Assembly: GCA_905178155.1 (NCBI GenBank)
Contig: CAJINV010000001.1
Span: forward strand, 13,971,265-14,035,264
From: Amoebophrya sp. A120
Lineage: Eukaryota; Protista; Dinoflagellata
Reading direction: 5' to 3'
DNA length: 64,000 nt
The translations under genes and the position numbers were made by a program. The notes beneath the pieces are model-generated. The model did not search any database. It worked only from the letters and a program-made list of their open reading frames with translations, and was not told the origin of the DNA. How positions within the stretch are numbered: the first letter of the stretch is position 1; the number at the start of each line of letters is the position of its first letter. This document shows, in pieces, positions 11,341 through 24,033 of the stretch.

Positions 11341-12647
11341 TCAATGCAGCACAGCACTACTTAGACTTAGAGGGAGGTTGTGCAGCTGCATACTTACGTG
11401 CGTACTGTGCCAGATAGGCTTAAAAGTACCCAGCTTGTTACGCATCCCTACGGCGCTGATGCTGACGGTGTGAAAACTATTCATGGGACGATACTTCTGG
11501 GACGGACTCCACACACCCGCGACCTCCAGCTTGAGGGGCGCTTCACGATTGTAGGGAAAGAAGCTGAGCTGTGCAGTCCCACCCTCCGCGGAACGCGGAT
11601 CGTCGGTTGCGGCGACCGAGGCGGCAACGTCCACATAGATCCGAATGCGCGCCGCACTGTTCTCTACTAGCTCGTCGGCGACGGCCTCGCCCAGAGGCAC
11701 AACTCGTTCTGACGACTGAGGAACATCTCGTCTAAGGACCTCGACACTTAGGAGGGTAATTGGCAAGCTCAACGCATCCTCATAGGGCAGCTCGTGAATT
11801 TCCCCGACCGAAACTTCTACCTCGGTGTTTTGCATGAAGGCCGGCGTCATGAACGTAGCGCGCAGGAGCAGTTGAGGACCAGCGGTGATGCCTGCTGCAC
11901 CTCCAGCACCGCCTCCACTAGCATCATGTTGCAGTCGTTTCTGCTGCTCCTGGTTGTCATCTTCTTGATTCGGAGCTTGAGTCCCGGGAAGAGCGAACTC
12001 GTAAACCGTTGTGGTCGCGTTTACTGCTACCTTCGTTTGTTGCAATACGCTGGAACAAGAGCTTGTCTCGTTTATGTTTTCCGGTGTTTCATCAACGAAA
12101 AGTCGATCTTCGCCGGACTTCGTCGAATCTGAGGAAAGTCGGCTGCTGGAGCTGCCGAGAAAACGATAGCAGTGATCGCCAACGGTAACCAGCCCCGTTA
12201 GAGGAACGGCGTCCCCATTCCAATGTGAAGTTTGTCGATCGGTTACTGTATCGCTTGCAAGTGCATGTTTCTAGGTCTGGAGCTCAATGTGATGCACGTC
12301 TACATGCAAATGGCAGAAACGCGGGTCACCGCGCAAGATTTCAATATTCGAGAAGTGAAGATTTAGCATTCAACACACACGGCGAGCTGCTCACCGATCG
12401 AAGTACTTAATTGAGGAGACGACCTAGTAAGTAGCAGCATGCTTGTTCCGCTCCTGTCATATGCCTCCAGAAACAGAAGCAGACATAGTTGCACTGGATA
12501 CAGTCGGTCTGCGGCTGACCAAAGCGAGACGTAGGGGTCCTGCACAACGAGTGGGACCGCAGGTGGGCGGAAGGGCACATCTTGTATGCTGGCACCGCAC
12601 GCTGGGAGGGGGAGGAGAAGACGTAAAAACAAGTTGAGGAAAAACAT
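11341..12647 (-). CDS. Glutaminase A (GtaA)-like protein, N-terminal DUF4964/DUF5127 region with signal peptide; apparently 3' truncated
   Basis: Hydrophobic leader then RPPAVPLVVQDPYVSLWS. After the intron at ~12500-12249: TSHWNG..LTGLVTVGDHCYRFLG, QTKVAVNATTTVYEF, LRATFMTP, LSLPITLLSVEV, as in the GtaA N-terminal family. No C-terminal catalytic domain found downstream. Confidence 0.75.
12249..12500. mobile_element. Eroded family-A introner forming the first intron of the GtaA-like gene
   Basis: 252 bp with TATC...GATA ends; left arm tatcgcttgcaa..tctaggtctgga..tgtgatgc aligns to the family-A arm; interrupts ADRL / TDRQTSHW. Confidence 0.65.
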
Positions 12648-13501
12648 CGCCTTGGTGTTGGCGCAAACATGTCCCATAGCTTCCACTTTGGAACAGCCTC
12701 TAGCTGCCCTAATTCAACGGCTTTTCTGATGAAAAGTTATGGAGTTGTAGATGAAGATAAAGGAATTCAATGAAAAATACAACGACTACTCCGAATTGTT
12801 GACTTTGTTTGACCGAAAGCTACGAGACTGCATCTACTTCTGCATGTCATTATCTTATTCTGTATGACCATGACGCATAGCATGGCATATGCGCATGTAT
12901 AATGATCTTGCATTTTTTGCTTTTACAGCAACAGCCACAATACGCAAACAAGACAAGAAAGGCAGCACACTTAGTCCGTGCGCTTCCACCGCATATGCAT
13001 CAAATGTACGAAAACGGGACACGTTGACCACCACTCAAAGAAACAGATGCACGTCAACCGAGTGCAGCACGTCAACCGAGCGGCGCACCTGCACCGAAGA
13101 ATGGAGGCGACTATCTCGGGTGTCCATTCCCGCCTTGCCAGCAAACGCCAAGCTGCGAACACAAGCAGTAGCCATGGTATGATATGCTCCTGACGCTGTG
13201 CTTCTGCTTCCGCCTACAGCCACCGTCTCTTAACTTGGAGCACCTAGTAGCTCGACAAATAATCGTAGGTGTTATTTGTAGTTCTTTCGCGGCTGGCGGA
13301 GATGCTTCCATGATTGGTAGTTTTTATTTCAAAACAAAAGGGTGAACTGATACTGAAAGAAGACCACACTGAGGCTTGATGTGCATTTATCGGAGGTGAG
13401 AAATCAAAGATGTAGATGAGTGCTATTAATTTCTTTATTTGTGCGTCTCCCATCGCTTCTTGCTTCATGTTCAATTCCGTGGCCGTAGTTCGTCGCTAAA
13501 G

Positions 13502-16500
13502 CTAGTTTTCTGAAGCGGAGAAATCGACGGCGTGACGAGAATACCAACTGGAGAGCAAATCAGCGGAAATCCACTCCTTTGCGCCGCGATTCGCGAAGAG
13601 GTTGAGATCTTTGTCCGCCTCGGCGAGGGTCATGACGACCAACTTCAGCGGCTCAGACTCCTGCTGTGACAGTTCATCCCTCCACTCCGATTCAGTAGAG
13701 AATTTTTGGTTTTCATCATGCGCGGGCGAGGAGTCATGATCTTCGGAAGCGGCCCGTGCTGACGGAACAGCAGTGCTCTTGGAGGTCTTGCCTGGTTTTA
13801 TACTGCTGGGTTTTCTACTGTCGGAAACCAACCGAGCCGCAGCCTTGACGGCGTTTCGAATCTGCTCTAGGTCTCCTTCTTCGACGGCCAAGATGGCTCG
13901 AATATTCACCCGGTCCGCCCACTTCTCACATCGGCTCATGATGTACATCTCCCTTTGCCAAAAGCGCCGCATCCAACCCCTCGCTTGGGACGCGAACGAG
14001 GTAAACCACGAGGCAATCCACGGCGACGATTCACGAAGCCAGGAAAACTTTTCCATGAAGCCGTCCGACTGAATTTCGCTGTGAGGGCTCACGTCGACCA
14101 GGTATCAAACAAAAAAGCGTTAACCTTTTTAACGGCTTAGGAGTTTTCTTTGCAGGGATTGTAGCCATGCATGACATATTTTCTCTATTATGCATGCGGG
14201 GATGAAACACATGATCAAATTTTGATATTTCACTTCAGTTTCGATTTTTCACTTCATGCCGGATTTCGTTAGCGTTAACATTTTTTCACCCAATACTACA
14301 TCGCCCAATACTACAACCGGCAACGCGCCCGGGCCGAGCTGTCGGTGCAGATTCTTGGTGACATCGTCGCTGGCCGCTTTTGTCCACCACGCAAACGGCG
14401 AAGAGTAGCCATGGCTCCGCAGGCCCGCGCTTTTGTATGCGTACTCCTTCGCGACGTCCCACATGTGTGCGTTTTCTTCTCCCTGGCACTGGTGACGCCG
14501 AAAGGAGAGGGGGGAAGATACTGTTTGTCTATGGCGTTTGTAGTCGTTGAACTTTTGTTTATGGCTGTTTTGAACCTTTTCGTTGCCCTCCTGGTCATTC
14601 TTGTGTTTTTGTTTTTTCGTTTCCTGCATCACGTTCTCTTCCCCACCGGCAAATTGTATACCCTTGCGGGTCAAAAACTCCATCCCTGCCCGCTGCGCGT
14701 TGGTGAATAGGATCGCGGATATGACGTGGTAAATGGCCATGCCAGCGGCCGACCAGGGTCTCGGAAAAGCCAGGTCTCGGCTACGTGGCCTGACCAGCTC
14801 CAGTGCGCGGGCCGCAACCACGGGGGAATTGCACAAATACGTTTCAGCCAGAAACGAAAAGTATAGGTTCATCCATCTGATAAACGGCCTGTCCGCCGGC
14901 AAAACGCCACTGTGTGGGTCTGGTTGCAGGCTTCTAGGGAGTTTGTTGCTATAACATTAACAGGAACTGTGCAATGTTTGCGCGATAGCTGATGCGTTGT
15001 GGTTGAAGTATGCCTCAAGAGCAGGAGTTTGATGCGAATAGTACTTCTCGTCGTTGTGTGGCGGATCACATTGAAGAAGATCGCGATGCGACCCGGTCAA
15101 GCGTTGCACCAGTCCAGAAATTCCGTCGCTATATATCCTAGAACCTGGCGGTGTGTTGGAAAATGGAGAGTGCTTGATGAGTTCCAAGTACTTGCTTGCC
15201 AGCTTCTTCGCCTCGACTTCATCTACTGCGATGAAAAACCGCTCCCCCTTTTCGGTTCTGTTCAAAATAGCCTCCGTGTCGTAATCGTAGAAACCCGCTC
15301 CCACGCAACGCGGTCGCAGTCGAGGCTGGTCGGCATGCAGCACCACACGCGCGGCAACATCGGCATCCGAATAAACGCGCTCGGCTTCCAGAGACGGCAG
15401 CCACATTACCTGGCAAAAGTCTGAGTGTCGCTCCGCCTCCGCATGCGTCGAGTTTTGACTCCTGCCCGCAGTTGCGCCACCTTTGGACGCTACTTCGTTG
15501 TCTACCGAAGTCGAAGATCCCGACAGGGCTGCTGCGTTTTCGCACGGGCAGTCTGGGTACCACCGTAACAGCTGCAGACTGATTTGCGCTTCGCAGTTGC
15601 TCCGCGACGGGGTTCGCGCCAATCACAAAATCGCAGATTTCGTTTCCGCACAAGGATGCTGAGGTAGGCGACGTCGTTGCTTGTTTTCCTGTTTCAACAT
15701 CCTCGCGAGTTCCGGCCTGCACTTCGCTCAAAGATGAAAACCCAGACGGCCGACCGTACGTCCTCCCAATGGAAGAGTCTTTTGCTCCTTGCTCTGCTTC
15801 GTCATTATCTTCACTGTTACCACCTGGCGGGACGAGTAGCCGCAGCACTGGGCGCCCGCTTTTAGTATCTACTTTGTCGACCTCGACGTCCTCTACTCCT
15901 GAATCGTCCTGGAACAAGAAAGTAGACGGAGCTGTCTTTGCTATCGCTCCATCACGAGTTGTACTAAGTGGTGTGCGAATGGAACTGCCGCTGGAACCGC
16001 GATCGTCGTCAGATACAATTCGCGGCTCGGCCTCCGCGGAGAAGTACAGCGAGTGGTGGTCTAGGTCTTGAGCGTCGTCAGTTTCGCTTTGAACACTTCG
16101 CACGAAGGCTCGACGCCCGGCAATAAATGAGGAGGGAGATGAGGACCGCAATGCTTCTGATGAATCGGCTTGCTTGGAAGCACCGTCTGCAATGCCATCT
16201 ACGTCCTCTGATGGCGATGGGTGGTGATATAATTGCTCTTCCTCTTGTTCGTCGTGTTTCGCTGCTCCGGACGAGGAATAAAGCGATGGCTGCTGCCTGT
16301 TTGCTCTCACAGCTTCGTGATTTAAAACAGAATGGAAGGGAAGCACGACTTGGCAGGCACGTTGGAGGTAAGTCATGTGGTGAACGAGCGGGGCGAAGCG
16401 AGACATGATCCAGACGGAGTGCGCCAAAACCCTTACCCACTGGACGAAGATGCTTGTTTTCAACATCGTCGTTTTGAATTCGCGCCGGGCACTACAAATC

Positions 16501-16547
16501 TCCTCATGGTTGTGTGACTTTTTGAGGTGCGTACGCCCGCTTCGCAT
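13502..16547 (-). pseudogene. Unresolved or disrupted gene of unknown function
   Basis: Protein-like ORFs 16547-15219, 15622-14957, 14902-14249 and 14092-13502. The first two overlap out of frame; the middle two share a frame but are split by a single TAA at 14957-14959. Confidence 0.35.
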
Positions 16548-17240
16548 GGTGTTCTGTTCTACGTTCTTTGAAGCAAAGAAAGAACGAGAACGAATTCAAA
16601 CTTTTGACACATTTTCTCATTGCCACTATTTTGTTTTTGCAGAAACGCAATGGCAATGTTTACGAGGCAGATTGATACTCGTATACGACGTCTTTTATCC
16701 TTCGATTGCATCTCTTTGCGCACTTATCCTTTACCTTTGCCAGCGAAAGACGACGACACCACTCGTACGAGAATGCACGCGACGTTGTTAATATGACGCA
16801 AGATGAATATATGCAGAAGCAAGGAAGAGGGCCGACGAATGCGTTTTATCGTTAGTCCATCTCAATACTGGCAACGACCACAAGTCGTTGGTTCCCAATC
16901 TCATATCTACGTCATCATCCCTCATGATATCGTCTCGGTTTCTTCACGCAATTCGTAGTTCTTGTGCTAGCCCTACCGATTACGGCGTAAGAAGATTCGA
17001 AAATAACTTATTTGAACACCGTTCGCCAGAAAAGTGCGACCCTCCTTGTCGAAAATAGGATACGACACGCGGCAACTTTAGCGGTTTTTTTTTTATGGAA
17101 AAAAAGAGCCATCTATATGAACCTTTGCAAAAGTAAGCGCAATCAACATCCGGACGAGTTCAGCAGTCTCGATTACCGGTACAACGGACTAAATCATAAT
17201 GAAAAATTCCAGTGCGCGATTACCGTTTTCTTCCCTATGC

Positions 17241-18282
17241 TCACAGCCGTTCCTGCACCCGTTTTGTGACGGTTCGCAGGTGCTGGTAGACCTTGCTGGG
17301 TGCCTGACCAAGAATGAGGCTGCAGATAGCGTCGCGCGCGAACTTGATGTTCGAAAAGCTGCCCAAGATGTGTATGTGCGAGTCCGCGACCACCACTCGG
17401 GTGCGCGTGGCGTTCTCGATAGCATACTTGGTCTGCCCGTTCTTGCCCGCGATGCGGCCGATACACCGGCTCAAATGGTCGCCCTGCAAGCGCTTCACGT
17501 CCTTCACTTCGAAGGAAGAAATGAACAAATCGTCCAACCGGAGAAGTGCGATGGCATCCTGCACGTCGAAACCCATCATGAAGGCCTGGTCGTGGGGTGA
17601 TTTTCATTCAAAACTATTCCGAAATGACTCATCCAAGGATCCAGCAATCGAGGAAGCAGTTCGAATTTGTTCTGTTTCCGCACACGAAAAAATCGAAAAG
17701 GAACGGTGCACCCACGAAGAGTGCACTATTTCTGTTGTGGTAACATAAGTCAGAGTTCATCTACAACATCATCATTGCCAATACATATGATTTCAAGAAT
17801 ATTCATACCTTGACGAAATCCGTAGCTTTCTGGAGCGCTCCGATGTCGCTGGTTGCTTTGGACATGCGGATCTCCACCGCGCGCTTTTTGGTGTTCATCC
17901 TAACCTGCAGCTTCATGTGTTCCACCAACGGCTTCAGAATGTCTTCCCAGTGGTTCCTCAGCGGGGAAAATCGGTGTTGCGGCACGATGATTCGCCTGAT
18001 TTGCTTGAGCAGGTTCGTCTGCTGGGTCTTCTTGGACGACAGCGCTTGTTCCGCCGAGAGGGGGGCAAACTTTTGCTTCGCGTCTCCATTTTCGTTGTCC
18101 ACCTCCCCGTCCATCTCGACCTCCTCCGTCACCAGACTTGCACCCATATCGACATCTTCGAACACCAGCCCCGTTTCCAGCTTGCTGCTTTCCTGCTTGC
18201 TGGCATTTTTCAACTTGGCATTGTCTTTCCGCACACCACTTGTGGTGGCGGTGGTACTGCTACTCGCGGCCGTCGCGCTCAT
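17241..18282 (-). CDS. PNO1: RNA-binding protein PNO1/Dim2 (KH domain, 40S biogenesis), 2 exons
   Basis: [44 protein letters not shown] | [48 protein letters not shown]; GT-AG intron 17808-17586. Confidence 0.96.
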
Positions 18283-18637
18283 GGTTTTGGTCTCGTGGTT
18301 GGAGTCGCTCGATTGATCGCCTTTTGCACTAGCGCTGAATATCAAATTTTATGGCAAATGATGCTTATGTAGCAGGAGCTTCTATAGCAACTACATCTAC
18401 ACTCTTATGTGGCACGGCTTCTCCTGCGAGTCATGAGTTGCAATCGTGGTCGATATCTTTTTTAGGATGAATGCGCACGGCAATATCAATATCTTCGTCA
18501 TTCCTTTTTCGTGAAGTATCCATTTTGCGAGCTGAATACAGCAACGACAGATACCTACCTTGTTCCTAGTATTGACTTGGAGTTCAAAAGATCGTGCTCT
18601 TTCCGGATCCAATCGCGTTTTTTACACGATGTTTTTG

Positions 18638-18669
18638 ATGATCTAGTACAGTCATGATCTAGTACAGTC
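18638..18669. repeat. Perfect 16-bp tandem duplication ATGATCTAGTACAGTC x2
   Basis: Seen directly between SPB1 and PNO1. Confidence 0.9.
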
Positions 18670-19184
18670 ATGGGCGGAATTTCTTTGTATGCAAATGCAC
18701 GATCGGAATTCGAATTTTCAAAACGACCTCGAGTGTCGTTATTCTGCAGCGCAACTGGAACTTGGATGATCTTCCGTATCTTTATTTCAGGATATCATGA
18801 CTGCGACATCATCCTGAGTCACTTCACGATCGCGTTGCTGATCTTCATCAATTATTTGCACCACGACAGCATTTCGGTTCCGGCAACAACAATAGAGGAC
18901 GATCAAATAAAGCTCAAGACGTCAAGAGCCTTTATGAACCGCGACCAGATTGCAAGCCCTGGCGTCGTTGTTTCACGGACTCTCACACATGTTGGTGACT
19001 TTTTGGGAAATGATAATTTGCAAAAGTTCTTGTGCGTACAAATGCTGAATAAAGCGCGTTCGTCTTCGCGTAGACACATCACACAAACGAAAGACGACTC
19101 TTCACACATTTTTTCGTAAAGTTAGTTACTTATTTTTGTACTATCCTCGAAGTTACCGCTACCGACGGGAGCAGGTACAACGTC

Positions 19185-22100
19185 CTACTTCTTTTTGCCT
19201 CCCTTCTTTTTTGCGCCGCCCTTTTGCTTCGGTGCGCGTCCGCGGTTGCCCTTGTGCTTTCCTTTCTTTGCCTTCTTCTCTGCCTTTTTCTGACCGCGCT
19301 TGTCAGTTTTCATCCTCTTATCGACCACCTTGGATTTCGCGCCCTTGGTCGGCTTGCCCTGCGTGACATTCCTGCTGCCTCCGGCCTTTCGAATGGCCAT
19401 GTAGGCCTGCTTCTTGCTACCCTCCTTCTGCTATCAAATGTAAAAGTGTCTGGGTCTGGAAGAATGCAATTTGTGATGCTGCATTTGGATTCCAAAAAAA
19501 TCTGTATTGCATGAGTACCAAAGGGAATGCAATTTTTGCTACGCTAGTAGTAGTAGTAACCATTTAACTCCTGGCGGGTTGGCGTTAGAACAGATTTAGC
19601 CTTTGTTACGCTGAGAAGGCATTTGTCATGCGGAATAGGCATCAAGAAGCCTTCAAAAAATCTGTATTGCTAGGGTATGCATCACAGACATCATGGCTCA
19701 TGCATAACGTGCATGACAAATCTCGCATTCTTCCAGACCCAGACATTTTTACATTTGATATCTGCGCTTTTCGGAGCATCTTCTCCATGTTTCTCGCTTT
19801 CGCTCCGGCGCTCATTTCCGTGTCCGCAGCCAGCTGCTTGGCCTGCTTCCGCACCTTGTCCATTCTCTGCTGCAGCCGCTTTTTGTTGCGCGCGTTGGCC
19901 TCGGCGACCTTCCGGATGGGCCGCTGGTTGATTTCCTTCAGCTTGGCCCGGTACTGGTCCATCAGTTCCTTGGTCACCGGGAGCTCTGGCTTGTTGTACT
20001 TCTCTTCGTCCTCCACAAACCACTCGGGCAGATCCAATCCCTCGTCGTCCCACGCGTACCGGTTGTACGCACTATCGAGGAGTGCCATGCGCGACTTTTT
20101 CCGGATCATCATCGACCCCAGGGCCTGCACGGCAGCCAGCTCCTTCTTGTCGGTGGGGGCCTGGTGGAGAAGTGGATTTTTGAAATGCAAATCACATAAA
20201 TATGGATCAATTTCAATTTCAATCAGTAGAAACAATCCAACGCCTCTGGTCACGGCGGCTCGACTAGCCTACAAGCGAACAGACTTAGAATTCAGTGAGA
20301 TGTAGTTGTCGACAAAAAGATGATCGGAATGAACGCACCACTTTTGAGCTATTTCATAAAAATACCTTCAGATGGTCCGGCACGTCTGCTGCTTTTCCGC
20401 GCAGAGATTCCTGCCCCGGCAGTAGGATGTTATCCATCTCTTCGTCCAGCCGTCGCTCCACAACGTCGAACTGCGTTTTGTCGTCGAGACTGCTTGCTGC
20501 AACAGCACTTTCGTCCTCGTCGACCACCTCCTCGCCGTCCGGACCGACAATGCCCGACTTTCTCTTTCCCTTGCCTGTCAGACTGCCACCGATGTTTTGC
20601 GCCGCCTTCCGCGCCTCGCGCTCCTTTTCTTTCCTCTTTTTCAGTTGCCGCTTTTTCTTGTCGCAAAGCGGGATGTGCGGGAGCTCGTCGTCGGACAGTG
20701 CCTTGATCGACTGCTCGTCTCCGCTGTTGTCCGCATCAGAATCGGATTCATTTCTGGAAGTAAGAATGGCTTTGCTCTGATTTTGATTCTCCCGTCCAGC
20801 AGTACTTTTTGAGGAAGAAGAAGCTGCGGACTGCTTTGCTTTCTTCCCCGCGGCTGCAGCTACGGAGGCCGACGCGGTGGTCCCCGCCGTCGCCAGGCGC
20901 TTCTGCAAACTGCTGAACAAGTCCTGGGAGAACCACCTCTCCGCCCGAACTTTGTCCTTCGTGCTCATAGTACCCCTTTCCTCGTCTGCTGCATCTGCTG
21001 TTGACATCGCTTCGTCGTCGCTCAAGTCCATAGCATCATCTTCGGCCGCGGTGGAGATCATCGCTTCTTCCTCCTCGCCGTCGCTGTCTAGCTCGTCAGT
21101 CAACTTCGGCTTCTGGTTTGCCGCCGCAGCGTCGCCAGCTGCGTCCTCCTCGTCGTCCTCAGAGTCGTCGTCGTCATCAGAGTCGAACTGCTCCCGTTCC
21201 TGGTGCTGTTTCGCAGCTTCCTCGTCGATTTCGTGGTTGAAGTGGTTCATCTCCCCCGCCCATTCGCGGTACTTCTGCTGCCGCCGGGTTTCCTTCTTCT
21301 GCTTCAGCTCGCGGCCCTTGGCGGCTTGCGACAGTTTGCTCTTCTTCTCGCGCATGGCGAGAATCTGCTCCGCCTCCATGTCGGCTAAGCGGTTCAACTC
21401 GGCGATCTCCGGGTCGTCGGAATCCTCTTCGTCGCTGTCGGAATCATTTGTATTTTTCGATGTTGCTGTGGTCTCTTTTCGGTCCTCCGCCGTTTCGAGT
21501 TCTTGTGCAGCTGCTTCCGCCTCGTTCATCTTCTCCTCGTCATCGCTGTCCATTTGCCCACCTGCGCCGTTTTCGAAGTCTCCAAAGTTTTTCGGCGCTT
21601 GTTGGAACAACTCCGCGTCGTGGGTGATTCCGGAGTACCGCATACCCATCGACATCTTCTTGCGCCACTCGAACTTCTTCTTCAACTCCCGGGCCTTCTT
21701 CGCCTCGCGCTTCTCCTCCTGCTTCACCTGCTTGATCATCGCCTCCAGCTCCTCATCCGCGTTTTCGAATTTCACCTTTTTCGTGCTGCCGGTTGCTGGC
21801 TCGGCCTGCGAGTGAATACGGGTGAAAGTTCCAACATTGTGATAAACATGAAGCAATTTTTGCGCTTGCGACAGAGGCATAGTAAGAGTGAATGCTCGCG
21901 ACCGCGAGGAAGTCGCGAGACATCAAATAAAAACACAACCACAAAGCGACAGAAAAGAACAAAAAGAGAGGAAAAGCCGAAGATATCATGGGTCGTCTTT
22001 ACCTGCTTTTCTTCCGCATCAGCCTCCTTTTCCGATCCAGATTCATCATCGCTCTTCTCTTCCTTGTCCACTTTGTCAATCGAGGTCTTCTTTTCCTTTT

Positions 22101-24033
22101 CGTAGTTTCTTCTGGTCAGCATGCGCCACTTGAGTAGCATGGACAATTCCCGTTTCCCCAACACTTTCAAATCGTCACAATACTCGCGAAGCTCGTCGCT
22201 TATCGTCAAACTTTCGTCGTCGCGGTACAACAGTTTGTGATGCGTAGTGAGGATCAGGGCTGGGCTTTGGTTTTTCACAAAATCCATCAGGCTGCACGTT
22301 CGCATGTCGTCTCCAGGCTCGTAACCACCTGCAGTTATATTGATATGAGGTTATTCGTGTTGTAATTTTTACTGCAGCTACAGCTACTAGACACGATGTA
22401 TTGTGACACGAGCACGACAGCGCTTGCAAAATGAATATGCGGTGTGGGTTTACAACTTTTTAGAGAGTCAAATGTTTATGCGGTCTCCGCGTTGCAGTGA
22501 TTTCGATCTTCTGCGACCACCATTCACATAGTAGATCTCTGTACCTCGGTGTTTCTTTGCTTGGTACTTCAGGAGGTCCATCAAGCTGGCCTGGGATTTC
22601 TTTTCCTTCGCCTCGCTGTCGACCGCCTCCATAAAGACCCATCGGGGATCGAAAAATTTCGGGTCCGTCTTGACGGCCTTGTAGTTTTGACACAACACGA
22701 AAATTTCCGCGGACACGTTTCGACTGGCCTGCGGCTTCGTTGCTTCCACCTTGCCGAACAACTGCTCGAACACCCACAAAAGCGAGGTGTAGTCCTGGGA
22801 GCGGAACACCTTCGTGACAAAGGTTCCCCCCGGACGCAGAATTTCGGCCGCCAATTTTGTCGCGTGCAAAACCAGCTCATTCTGCACGTATGCGTCGTGG
22901 GACCATGAACTACCCACGTTCGGAGCACCATCGTTCAGGACAACGTCGGCAGACCTGAGGGAACAAGATAGTGAATGAGAAATGGGGCAGGCATCAACTA
23001 TTCCAAAAATCTGACTGGATGAATCTGAATATGAAAGTCCCGTGAAAACATAAGGGTTCGCTTCTTCTAAATTTTGCAGATGAAGATGCAGATGCTTGCG
23101 CGCGATCTCATCTTGATCGCCCATGATGTATTCCATGAACAGGACCAATGAATTGATGTCGTACCTGCCCTCCAGTTCCTTTTTTATCAATTGTCGGCAC
23201 TTTGGCGTGGTGATGTCACACTGGATGCTATCCTGAGTAAAAACGTCCCCACACCAGAGTTGTAATGCAGATTTGCAAAGACAGGAAGACTTGTAATGCG
23301 CATCCCCATGAGAGCCATTCCCAATCGTGTTTTGGAATTTGTGATGCTGTGAACAGGATGAGCAGACGAATCTGTGATGCGGCTGCACTTGCTAACCTGC
23401 ACTACACTGCGGAGTGCAACTTGTCATGCGTGACTCACAAAACTCCTCGATTTGTGTTGCAAAATCCCCATCCTGACTCTGGTGTGGGTACGTTTTTACT
23501 CAGGATAGATGCCGGTGACACCGGGAATCGGTTTGATCGGACACATATCAAATGTAAAAGTGTCTGGGTCTGGAAGAATGCAACTTGTAATGCGCATTTC
23601 AGAACACAGAAAGATCTCTCATGCATAGGTAGCAAAAGCTGCCCACTTTCTGTCACCAGAATGCGGGATTTGTCACGCGGATTCGGCACGACGGAAGCTT
23701 CTCGGAACCTGTGATGCTAGAGCTTCTATGCCAGACCTTCTGTGTCATGCAAAAACAGCATGACTCTTCCAGACCCAGACATTTTTACATTTGATAACAC
23801 AGATCCAAGCAGAGAATCTTTGAGTTCCGGGGCATGTTCTTGGCAGCCACCTGACTCCACCCACCGGGGGCACCGCACAAATCCACACATACCCGCGCGT
23901 CGGAAAGGAAGTCCACCTTTTTTGCCAGCTGCACCAATTTGAACGCGGAACGCGCACGGTAACCCTGGTCCTTCGCGAGCTGGTAGTACTTATCCAACCG
24001 CTCCTTCCCGACTTTCTTCTTGGAGCCGCCCAT
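19185..24033 (-). CDS. SPB1: rRNA 2'-O-methyltransferase SPB1/FTSJ3, 8 exons, ~1048 aa
   Basis: [99 protein letters not shown]. Four GT-AG introns (23164-22955, 22544-22329, 22002-21806, 20365-20161) plus three TIR introns; spliced length 3147 nt. Confidence 0.97.
19432..19760. mobile_element. Family-A TIR introner in SPB1, 329 bp, TSD TCTGC
   Basis: TIR TATCAAATGTAAAARTGTCTGGGTCTGGAAGAATGC; TCTGC at 19427-19431 and 19761-19765; removal gives [20 protein letters not shown]. Confidence 0.95.
23229..23507. mobile_element. Family-B TIR introner in SPB1, 279 bp, TSD GATGC
   Basis: 32-bp TIR TATCCTGAGTAAAAACGTMCCCACACCAGAGT (one mismatch); GATGC at 23224-23228 and 23508-23512; removal gives [17 protein letters not shown]. 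Confidence 0.95.
23546..23796. mobile_element. Family-A TIR introner in SPB1, 251 bp, TSD ACACA
   Basis: Family-A TIRs at both ends; ACACA at 23541-23545 and 23797-23801; removal gives [15 protein letters not shown]. Confidence 0.95.

Noticed and set aside
14957-14959. In-frame stop as evidence of stop-codon reassignment
   Set aside because: SPB1, PNO1, DENN, CFAP20DC and the 1946-aa ORF contain no in-frame stops, so the standard code fits.
19628-21815. Long plus-strand ORFs (225 and 312 aa), and similar ones opposite other genes
   Set aside because: Antisense shadows of SPB1 and other minus-strand genes.
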